Shown: in pieces, positions 20,701 to 27,823 of the stretch | Position numbering within the stretch: the first letter of the stretch is position 1 | How the letters are laid out: each line of letters starts with the position of its first letter | NCBI GenBank assembly: GCA_026003475.1 | Contig: BPHJ01000001.1 | Location: 1,737,281-1,801,280 of the forward strand | DNA from: Candidatus Kapaibacterium sp. | GTDB taxonomy: Bacteria; Bacteroidota; Ignavibacteria; Kapaibacteriales; NICIL-2 | DNA: 64,000 bases | Reading direction: 5' to 3' | Notes under the pieces: model-generated | Told to the model about the DNA's origin: nothing | Database searches by the model: none | What the model saw: only the letters and a program-made list of their open reading frames with translations | Translations under genes and position numbers: made by a program

Positions 20701-21264
20701 CTCCCACCAATGCAGGACGCGGTAGCCTGCATCGCGGAGCGGTGCGATCCCCAGCAGCAGTCCAAGGGATGCAACCGCAGCGGCAAAAGCCAGTAGCATG
20801 CGGCGACGATGCTCCCGTTCGATAATCACGTCGAAGCGTCGCATGCCGACGGCATGTTCGACCTCGGCAAATGCTGCCTGCGCCAGCTCGCCAGAGCCTG
20901 CGATGGATTTACCCGGCGCCACAAGCTGCAACGCATTGAGCAGACGATCCCGAATGTCGGGATAGGCATTGCCCACGCGCAGTGCGATCTGGTCGAGACT
21001 GGGACGGCTGGTTGCGAGGGTGCGTTTCCAGAGTGTCCAGAGCGGTAAGCACGCAAGTGCACCGAGCGTCGCGATTGCCCAGAACGCTGCAAGCCCCGTG
21101 CGGAAAGGAATACCACCATGCGCAATGGACTCAACCGATGCAACCACAAGCGCCGCTGTAGCACTGACAGCCAGAGCACTGAGCCCATCGCGTGCAACAA
21201 GCGTTAGCGTTTCCTTTCGCCGTGTCGCCCGCAAGCGGGCGAGAATGGTTTGGTATGCATTCAT
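17779..21264 (-). CDS. Large membrane protein with ~460-aa Q/E/R-rich coiled-coil region (DUF4175-like)
   Basis: 1161 aa. It has N-terminal TM helices (LSALAVSATAALVVASV, LAAFWAIATLGALACLPLW, RRMLLAFAAAVASLGLLLGIA), a beta-rich middle, and then long heptad-like low complexity (QQLQEMTKLL...QQELARQQQELARQQQELQEEF...). The architecture is as I remember for the DUF4175/TIGR02302 family; no HMM search was run. Confidence 0.7.
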   Translation of the reverse strand: MNAYQTILARLRATRRKETLTLVARDGLSALAVSATAALVVASVESIAHGGIPFRTGLAAFWAIATLGALACLPLWTLWKRTLATSRPSLDQIALRVGNAYPDIRDRLLNALQLVAPGKSIAGSGELAQAAFAEVEHAVGMRRFDVIIEREHRRRMLLAFAAAVASLGLLLGIAPLRDAGYRVLHWWERFIPPPPFVLHVEPRSADVLRNTPATITVTVEGIVPADLKLYIRNVPEWSASKEEGRAEPYPLRQEAPNRYRLDLGALKNSIEFFAAASWYDQEVRSNQGRIVVSDYPMVRAFQLRVEQPRYAQRPPLLYDETNADVVALRGSTATIRLTANKDIATAELVMVPLGDSTTASDTLRVQLRTAGSQAEGRFVLQRSSIWWIVLRDAQGRITPDPLRYTLRVEQDASPTITLIEPRGDATVGRDALLPLRVSMSDDYGFSRLVLKSRLVESRFALPESQWRTTDIPLPSLEPGGGTLEVPYTWNLNLLGISPQDKYELYLEVFDNDVVSGPKSARTATLRVRLPSLEEVFRQAQQAQQQTERQLEEVKRKAEELARSMDELHRDLLKQQQPSWQTEKSLENALRQQEQLQQKLQQAQQQLQEMTKLLNENRVLSPETLQKYMELQKLLQEVNSDELRRAMEEMQRALKQLTPQDIERAMRNFHFDEEQLRKNIERSIALLKRIQAQQKMDELQRRAEQLEQQQQQLERQAENTNPNDKEARQELARQQQELARQQQELQEEFRQLQQLAQEARLDQQKNVQEQLRQAAEQLQQEQSERSMEQSSSDLEQGNFDRARQRMQRSAERMQRFAEAIKRARQEMRANEMRQIARQMQQALQDLAELSKEQERLAEQTQQLDPNSAMMNRTMQRQQQLREQLMNLARRLDALAQRTPAITPEMARQLGQALRKMQEAQSSLEQRNNYGACQMQQSAMGAMNQAMNQMQAMLEQMNGNNPGEGEGEGESSQMRPGGMQPGASFMQRLMEAAGMQQQINNAMQQLGANGELTQDQREQLGRIAAQQGRVMKSIEELAREEKEALGKRKALGDLDRITQDMKEVLADMQSGTVTPETQRRMERILSRLLDASRSMHERDYEKTRESRPGEDVVRQSPSELRLKALERLQRYRDILRTWQLGYTKDYEQLIERYMEQLQRRRNK

Positions 21265-21270
21265 CGGTTC

Positions 21271-21978
21271 TTAGGGCAATGCTTTCTGTTGACCGAGCAC
21301 GTACACGACGATGTTGGTTCCCATCTTGAGCGCTGCTTCGCGCCGTTCAGGTGGATCGCGGTGCACATCGGGGTCTGCCCACCCATCGCTCGGGTTGGAT
21401 TCGTAGGTGTAGAACACGCAGAGCCGATCGCCACAAAACAACCCAAATCCTTGCGGTGGCTTGCCATCGTGTTCGTGGATTTTGGGAGGTCCGTAGGGAA
21501 ATTGGAAGTGGCAGTGATAGATCGGGTGCGAAAATGGCAGTTCGACGAATTCTTGGTCGGGGAACACCTTCTTCATTTCGCGGCGAATGTAGCGATCGAG
21601 TCCGTAGTCATCGTCAATGTAGAGGAAGCCGCCATTGTCCAGGTATGCCCGCAGTCGGCGTGCCTCCGCATCGGTGAGTGTGATGTTGCCATGCCCCGTC
21701 AGAAACAGCATGGGGTAGAGAAAGATGTTGTCGCTGCTGATGTCCACGTACTCGTAGCGTGGCTCAACGGGGATATTGGTGTTTTGGCGGATGTACTGGA
21801 GCAGATTCACTTCTGCCGAGGGGTCGTTGTACCAATCACCGCCACCGCTGTACTTGAGGCGTGCGATGCGAAAGCTGCTCTGTCCGGTGGTTGGCTGCTG
21901 GGTGCTGAGCCCGGGCACTTGAGCCTGGAGGAGAACACTCAGCATTAGCCCCAGCCCCACCACACTCACGTGGCGCAT
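21271..21978 (-). CDS. DUF4159-like secreted protein
   Basis: The ATG at 21978 gives the signal MRHVSVVGLGLMLSVLLQAQ. The motif FRIARLKYSGGGDWYNDPSAEVNLLQYI...LFLTGHGNITLTDAEARRLRAYLDNGGFLYIDDDYG matches my memory of DUF4159. The ORF-track start at 22203 lies inside rsmG. Confidence 0.75.
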   Translation of the reverse strand: MRHVSVVGLGLMLSVLLQAQVPGLSTQQPTTGQSSFRIARLKYSGGGDWYNDPSAEVNLLQYIRQNTNIPVEPRYEYVDISSDNIFLYPMLFLTGHGNITLTDAEARRLRAYLDNGGFLYIDDDYGLDRYIRREMKKVFPDQEFVELPFSHPIYHCHFQFPYGPPKIHEHDGKPPQGFGLFCGDRLCVFYTYESNPSDGWADPDVHRDPPERREAALKMGTNIVVYVLGQQKALP

Positions 21979-22730
21979 TGCGTGGCTGCCGGAAAGTGGG
22001 AACTGTTCTGAACGCTGCCCCAAGTAACGATGACAAGCTTTTTTTGTTGCTCTTCCAACCAGGGCACACCGCGGAGGCGGAGCGGTCGTTCCAGGATCGT
22101 TGCCATGGGAAAAGCAGCGCGGGCGGCTTCGATTTCGTCCTGCAGATCTCCGCCTTTGAGCAAAAGGTGCATCCCGCTGGGTTTGACCAGTGGCGCTGTC
22201 CACTCCAGCAGCGTCCGCGTCTGGGCAACTGCCCGGGCAATGATCACATCAAAGCTTGCCCGAAACGACGGCTCACGCTCGGCGAGCTCCTCGACGCGGG
22301 CGCAGCGTACCTCGACAAAGCGATGCCCCGTATGACGCGCCAACATCTCCGCTGTTCGCACCTTCTTCCGCACCGAATCAACCAACACCATTTGCAGGTC
22401 CGGTCGGGCAATGATGAGCGGAATACCCGGCAGACCGCCACCAGTACCAACGTCCATACACCGTGCTTTCGGCGGAATCTCTACTGCCCGCAGCACCGCT
22501 AACGAATGCAGGATATGTCGCTCGAGCAGGTGGTCAATGTCCTTGCGCGAGACCAAATTGATGCGCTCGTTCCAATAGCGCAACTCGCGCTCGTAGCGCT
22601 CGATCGCTTCCAACTGCTGGCGACTGAGCACAATACCGTTGCTGGAGCAAATAGTCCAAACTGCAGAAAGGTCCACGCGCAACCAACGTGGTGGTAAGTT
22701 TGCAACACGAACAAAAATACTCCAGATCAT
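21966..22730 (-). CDS. rsmG: 16S rRNA (guanine527-N7)-methyltransferase
   Basis: INLVSRKDIDHLLERHILHSL and the SAM motif MDVGTGGGLPGIPL are RsmG/GidB-like. The start is uncertain. The ATG at 22730 shares a CATG with the divergent GT2 start. An in-frame GTG at 22676 gives a more typical length. Confidence 0.8.
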   Translation of the reverse strand: MIWSIFVRVANLPPRWLRVDLSAVWTICSSNGIVLSRQQLEAIERYERELRYWNERINLVSRKDIDHLLERHILHSLAVLRAVEIPPKARCMDVGTGGGLPGIPLIIARPDLQMVLVDSVRKKVRTAEMLARHTGHRFVEVRCARVEELAEREPSFRASFDVIIARAVAQTRTLLEWTAPLVKPSGMHLLLKGGDLQDEIEAARAAFPMATILERPLRLRGVPWLEEQQKKLVIVTWGSVQNSSHFPAATQCAT

Positions 22731-23379
22731 GAGCCGAAGGGCAGCACCGATCTTTTCCATCGTGCTGACAACGTACAACCGCGCCTGGTGCATCGAGCGT
22801 GCCATCGCCTCGGTCCTGGCACAGACCGAACAGCGGTGGGAGCTCATTATCGTTGACGATGGCAGCACCGACGTGACGGCAGACATCCTGGCGCCCTACG
22901 TGCAATCCTCCGATCGGATCTGTCTGCTCGCCCAGCCCAATAGCGGCACTGGCGCAGCACGGCAGACCGGCATCAGCCATGCCCATGGGGATTTTGTCAC
23001 CTTCCTCGACTCCGACGATGAGTACTTGCCCGACCATCTCCATGTGCGGTACCGCTACATCCAGGACTTTCCCCACTGCGACTTTTTCTATGGTGGCGTG
23101 CAGGTAGAAGGTCCTGCCCTCGTGCCGGACCGCCACGACCCAACCCGCCTGATCCCCATTGCCGAATGCGCCGTCGGTGGAACGTTTGTCATTCGGCGAG
23201 AGCTAGCACAAAAACTGGGCTTTGCCCCGCTCCGGTATGCCGACGACGCAGACTTTTTCGAGCGTGCTCTGGCAGCAGGTGTCGTGCCCGTGTGCGTCAC
23301 AGAACCGACCTACCGCTACCATCGCACCAGCCCGGACTCGCTCTGTACCCAACGGGAACGCCAGTTGGCAGGCCACTAA
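22729..23379 (+). CDS. Family 2 glycosyltransferase
   Basis: The ATG at 22729 gives MSRRAAPIFSIVLTTYNRAWCIERAIASVLAQT...LIIVDDGSTD...FLDSDDEY, with the GT2 DxD signatures. Confidence 0.8.
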   Translation: MSRRAAPIFSIVLTTYNRAWCIERAIASVLAQTEQRWELIIVDDGSTDVTADILAPYVQSSDRICLLAQPNSGTGAARQTGISHAHGDFVTFLDSDDEYLPDHLHVRYRYIQDFPHCDFFYGGVQVEGPALVPDRHDPTRLIPIAECAVGGTFVIRRELAQKLGFAPLRYADDADFFERALAAGVVPVCVTEPTYRYHRTSPDSLCTQRERQLAGH

Positions 23380-23418
23380 CCAACTCCGTGTACCACGATT
23401 GAGCTACTTTCCAGCACT

Positions 23419-24771
23419 ATGAGCGACGTATCATCAACGCCCCGTCCCCGCCTACCGGATAACGACGTTGTCTTTGTGGTCAAAAATCCCCACCGCCCGG
23501 GAATGCTCGGGCGGCTCTGCACCGTCATCGGCGAAGAAGGTGGGCTCATCGGTGATACCCGCGCTGTGTTCATCGGGCATGACCACATCATTCGCGAACT
23601 CACCGTTGCTGTCTACGATGCGCCGCACCTTGGCGCTATCGAACGCGCCATTCGCGAGCGGACCGATGCTGAAATTCTCGAGATCAAAGACGTTGTCTTC
23701 GAGCAACATCGCGGCGGCAAGATTGCCGTTGTTCGCACGAAGTCTGCGACAACCGTCGGTGAGTTGCGCAATCTTTACACGCCCGGCGTTGCGCGTGTGA
23801 GCAAAGCAATCCAGCACAACCCCGAGCTTGCCTACGAATACACGATGCTGGGCAACACCATCGGCATTTTCACGAACGGTACGCGCGTTCTGGGATTGGG
23901 CGACATTGGACCGCTGGCATCGCTGCCCGTGATGGAAGGCAAAGCGATGCTCTACCATCAATTCGTTGGCATAGGTGCGATACCCATTTTGGTGGACACG
24001 CGCAACCCGGACGAGTTCATCGCGATCGTTGAGAAAACGTCCGTTGGTTTTGCGGGAGTACACCTGGAAGACATCCGCACACCGGATTGCTTCCACATCG
24101 AGGAAAGCTTGATTGCACGGCTCAAAAAACCTGTCATGCACGACGACCAACACGGCACGGCAACGGTGCTGTTGGCGGCTGTCCTGAATGCGCTCAAAAA
24201 GACGGGGCGCACCAAGGATGATCGGCTCACCTTTGCACAAATCGGACTCGGTGCCGCTGGCTATGCCATTGCAAAGCTCTTGCGAGAGTACGGTTTCTCG
24301 GTCGTGGCATTTGATCCCAACGAATCTGCCCAAGAGCGGGTACGGCGGATCGGCATCGAAAGTGTTTCGTTTGCAGACGCAGTGGCCGCTGATGTCGTTA
24401 TCGCCACCACAGGCAGGGTGGGACTGATCACCAACGAGATGGTGCGTCCCGGGCAGATCATCTTCGCGCTGTCGAATCCCGTGCCGGAAATTTTGCCTGA
24501 TGATGCGCTCGAGGCGGGTGCAGCTTTCGCTGCCGATGGCAAGTCAGTCAACAATGCGCTGGCCTTCCCGGGCTTGTTCAAAGCAGCCATCGAGCTGCGC
24601 GCCGATTCGATCACCAGCGCCATGAAGATTGCTGCTGCAGAAGCAATCGCCGCCTTAGCAGAACCCGATGAACTTGTGCCCAGCCCGTTCAACCCAGCAG
24701 TGCATGCTCAGGTTGTTGCCCGCGTGAAGGCAACCGCCGCAGCAGACCACTTGACCGATGCTCAGAACTGA
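23419..24771 (+). CDS. NAD(P)-dependent malic enzyme with N-terminal ACT-like domain
   Basis: An ACT-like block (VVFVVKNPHRPGMLGRLCTVIGEEGG) precedes a malic-enzyme core. The core shows LYTPGVARV, GTRVLGLGDIGP, VMEGKAMLY, HDDQHGTA and the dinucleotide site GLGAAGYAIAKLL. Confidence 0.85.
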   Translation: MSDVSSTPRPRLPDNDVVFVVKNPHRPGMLGRLCTVIGEEGGLIGDTRAVFIGHDHIIRELTVAVYDAPHLGAIERAIRERTDAEILEIKDVVFEQHRGGKIAVVRTKSATTVGELRNLYTPGVARVSKAIQHNPELAYEYTMLGNTIGIFTNGTRVLGLGDIGPLASLPVMEGKAMLYHQFVGIGAIPILVDTRNPDEFIAIVEKTSVGFAGVHLEDIRTPDCFHIEESLIARLKKPVMHDDQHGTATVLLAAVLNALKKTGRTKDDRLTFAQIGLGAAGYAIAKLLREYGFSVVAFDPNESAQERVRRIGIESVSFADAVAADVVIATTGRVGLITNEMVRPGQIIFALSNPVPEILPDDALEAGAAFAADGKSVNNALAFPGLFKAAIELRADSITSAMKIAAAEAIAALAEPDELVPSPFNPAVHAQVVARVKATAAADHLTDAQN

Positions 24772-26054
24772 ACATCTATCCCCAGCGACAGCAGCGACCA
24801 TGCGCCGAGGTTATAGTCCAGACAGATCGTCATCGGACCGAAACTGCGCGCCACACCGATTGTCCACTTGATGTTTCGGACCGTGATGGTGGCCGTGCTT
24901 TCTTGGATGACGTCGTCGCCAGGATAGCCGTTGGCTGGATCACGCACAGCCGAACCATCGGGAAGCACTTTCAGCAACCCCAACTGAATCTGGACATCCT
25001 GCGGCAAGGTGTAGCGGTAGGACGAACGCGCCGTGAGCTGTTCGTAGCCAATGCCGGTGTACACATCCACAATGCCCTCGATACTGCGGCTTGCATGAAT
25101 GTTTGCCAGCAGAAATTCGCCGCGTGCTTCCAGCTGTGCATTCGTTACCCCAACACTTTTGCGCAGGAGTGTCCCTTGGTAGCCAACTTGCACGGCAACA
25201 TCCAGGAACGGATCGCGCAGGTACTGCGAGATAGAATGCCGCAGCCCAATTCCCCAAAACGAAAAACGCCCGATGTTTTGATCGAAAACAACCGGTGGAA
25301 TGTAGCGGAGCAAAATCTCGGTCCCCCAAAGCGCACCAATTTCGAGTTGTGGTACTGCCGCCACAATCGTGTGCATATTCTGACCCGGCGGCAACGACAG
25401 CGCCGATGGGAGTTTCAGCAGCAAACTATCCACAAGCTGTCGCGTGGACTCCGGCAGGAGGTTGTACAGCGGTGCAAACTCGGGATCGGTCCGCACCACC
25501 GAAAGAAGATACTGGCGGTCAATCTCGATCGTCGCTGGTGCATACCCGAAAACAGTCGGTGCTGTCGTGGGCACGCGCACCCGACCGGAGTCCACCCCTT
25601 TGTGAAAGAGTCGCTTGACCAAGTCCACCGCCAACCCAACCGTATCGCGAAGCACCAGCTGATTGCCCTGTACTTCGACGTACTTGGCGTAGTCCACTGG
25701 CTGTGCCAAGGTTGGCAACGTGGGATGGTAGATGCGCTGGTCGTCGCGAACAAAACCGAGCATCGTGTGGACGCCCAGTCGAATGTACGGGCGCTCGGGC
25801 GCTGATGGGATCGCCGCCTGACGGAAAAAACGCGCATTGCTGGTTGCGTTGACGGTCGTTACCAGTGGCTCCATGAACGGGATGCTGTTTGCATCAAACA
25901 GTTCCTTGGACAGATGCCGCGTTACAATCACCGCGTTGGTATCGTAGGCTCGCGGGTAGTTTTGCGCACTGACGGACACCGCAACCAGTGCCACCAGAAT
26001 GGTCACTGCGGTTTTCACTGGATTGTTCGTAGCGTGGTACAACAAACGGCACAT
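24762..26054 (-). CDS. Hypothetical outer-membrane beta-barrel protein
   Basis: Signal-like N-terminus (VKTAVTILVALVAVSVSAQ; a possible GTG start at 26018). The C-terminal strand ends in Phe (SLLSLGIDVQF), a typical BAM-substrate signature. No enzymatic motifs. Confidence 0.55.
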   Translation of the reverse strand: MCRLLYHATNNPVKTAVTILVALVAVSVSAQNYPRAYDTNAVIVTRHLSKELFDANSIPFMEPLVTTVNATSNARFFRQAAIPSAPERPYIRLGVHTMLGFVRDDQRIYHPTLPTLAQPVDYAKYVEVQGNQLVLRDTVGLAVDLVKRLFHKGVDSGRVRVPTTAPTVFGYAPATIEIDRQYLLSVVRTDPEFAPLYNLLPESTRQLVDSLLLKLPSALSLPPGQNMHTIVAAVPQLEIGALWGTEILLRYIPPVVFDQNIGRFSFWGIGLRHSISQYLRDPFLDVAVQVGYQGTLLRKSVGVTNAQLEARGEFLLANIHASRSIEGIVDVYTGIGYEQLTARSSYRYTLPQDVQIQLGLLKVLPDGSAVRDPANGYPGDDVIQESTATITVRNIKWTIGVARSFGPMTICLDYNLGAWSLLSLGIDVQF

Positions 26055-26148
26055 AGAGCGACTGTGCTGGCATGCAATCTACGGCATCACCGCCAGCCAC
26101 ACGAACAGTGCCGCGCACGTGGATGTTTCACCGTAACCAGTCCGGACT

Positions 26149-26616
26149 GTGATTGTTCACCGCGAAGAACTCCTTGCACACCTTGCGCCTCTCCGTGCTG
26201 CTGGACGAACGATTGTGTTCACCAACGGATGCTTCGACATTCTCCACCGCGGGCATGTGGAGCTGCTGGCGGCTGCACGACGGTTGGGAGATGTGCTCGT
26301 CGTCGGGCTCAATAGCGACGACTCCGTTCGCCGCCTCAAAGGCCCCCACCGTCCGATCAACCCGGAAGCTGACCGCGCTACCGTGCTCGATGCCGTACGC
26401 TGGGTGGACTTTGTCACTATTTTCGAGGAGGATACTCCTGTTGTGCTGATCGAGGCACTCCAACCGGACGTCCTCGTCAAAGGTGGAGACTACACCGAGG
26501 AACGCATTGTCGGTGCCGATGTTGTCCGCCGTCGTGGGGGAAACGTGGTTATTGTACCGCTACTTGCTGGCCGTTCGACAAGTGCAGTGGTCGAGCAGAT
26601 TCGTCGCCAGCAGTAG
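26149..26616 (+). CDS. rfaE2: D-glycero-beta-D-manno-heptose 1-phosphate adenylyltransferase (RfaE domain II type)
   Basis: GTG start. The cytidylyltransferase motif [16 protein letters not shown], plus [20 protein letters not shown] and DVLVKGGDY, are typical of HldE C-domain / RfaE2. Confidence 0.85.
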   Translation: MIVHREELLAHLAPLRAAGRTIVFTNGCFDILHRGHVELLAAARRLGDVLVVGLNSDDSVRRLKGPHRPINPEADRATVLDAVRWVDFVTIFEEDTPVVLIEALQPDVLVKGGDYTEERIVGADVVRRRGGNVVIVPLLAGRSTSAVVEQIRRQQ

Positions 26617-27823
26617 TTACCTCGTGTCCGTAGGGCACATCGAGCACAAAGCGGGTGCCGCGCGGGAATCGCCGCTCATGCCAGAGCATACCCATCATCG
26701 TCTCGGCTGCAAGCTTTGCCAGCGGCAACCCCAACCCTAACCCACGCTGTGCGCCAACCGTCGTATGCGAGCGCCCCCGCTTGAACCATTGGTAGAGGTG
26801 TTGCTCCTCCTCCGAATCGATACCGGGTCCGTCGTCGTCCACGGTGATCGAAAGCGATCCATCGGTAGCTGTGCACGTCACAACGACGGAGGTGCCCGGT
26901 GGTGAGTACGCAAAAGCATTGCTGATGATGTTCTTGAGCGCAACGCGCAAATTTTCTGGCAATAAAATCGCCTGATCGGGCACGTGTTCGATGACCACCT
27001 GCAGCGATTGCTGGCGATTGTACTCGGCAGCACACTGCATTGCAACTTCCTGCACCAAGCGGGCAGGGGCAACACGCTGCGGCTTCTCGTGCAATAGTGC
27101 CGTATGAAGCTGGATCATCAGCGCAATCGAATCGAGATGTTTTTGCATGATGCTGAGGCTTTCCCCAATGCGCTGCTGAATTTGACAGCAGAGTTCCTCC
27201 TGTCGCTCAGCATCGAGGCGATGGGCATAGCGCATCATCTCGACGCTCGATTGGATAACGGTCATCGGTGTCCGAAACTCGTGGTTGATTAGTGCCACCA
27301 ATGCCGCACTCATCTGGCCAAAGTTCTGCTGCCGCCGAAGTGCCGCATGGAGAGCTTCGGTGCGCTGGGCGACCTGAGCTTCCAGTGATTGGGTCAAGTC
27401 TTCCAGGATTGCCGTCTTTTCAGCAAGCAGGCGCTGCATGGTGTAGAGCGTGCAGTGGGTGCGGACGCGTGCCAAAAGCTCGGCGGTGTTGAATGGCTTG
27501 GTTACGTAGTCCACCCCACCTGCCGCAAACCCCTTTACGATCGCATCGCCATCGTTGAGCGCGGTCAGAAAAATCACCGGAATTGCTGCCACCTGCGAAT
27601 TGCGTTTGAGCTGCTGGCAGACCTGGAAGCCATTCATTTCGGGCATCATCACATCAAGGAGCACCACGTCCGGCTGCACAAGCGGAATACGCTCCAACGC
27701 TTCGGGACCGCTGGTAGCAAATGCCACCGTGTACCCTTCGTCCCGAAGCGCAGTAGCAGCAACTTGCACGTTCTGCGGTACATCATCAACGATGAAGACC
27801 GTGTGGCGAATGGTAGCTGTCAT
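26549..27823 (-). CDS. Response-regulator receiver / histidine kinase fusion
   Basis: The receiver reads FIVDDVPQN...[13 protein letters not shown]...DYVTKP, the H-box is [11 protein letters not shown], and the HATPase is DDDGPGI...[12 protein letters not shown] overlap with the upstream kinase gene (27820-27823). Confidence 0.85.
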   Translation of the reverse strand: MTATIRHTVFIVDDVPQNVQVAATALRDEGYTVAFATSGPEALERIPLVQPDVVLLDVMMPEMNGFQVCQQLKRNSQVAAIPVIFLTALNDGDAIVKGFAAGGVDYVTKPFNTAELLARVRTHCTLYTMQRLLAEKTAILEDLTQSLEAQVAQRTEALHAALRRQQNFGQMSAALVALINHEFRTPMTVIQSSVEMMRYAHRLDAERQEELCCQIQQRIGESLSIMQKHLDSIALMIQLHTALLHEKPQRVAPARLVQEVAMQCAAEYNRQQSLQVVIEHVPDQAILLPENLRVALKNIISNAFAYSPPGTSVVVTCTATDGSLSITVDDDGPGIDSEEEQHLYQWFKRGRSHTTVGAQRGLGLGLPLAKLAAETMMGMLWHERRFPRGTRFVLDVPYGHEVTTAGDESARPLHLSNGQQVAVQ

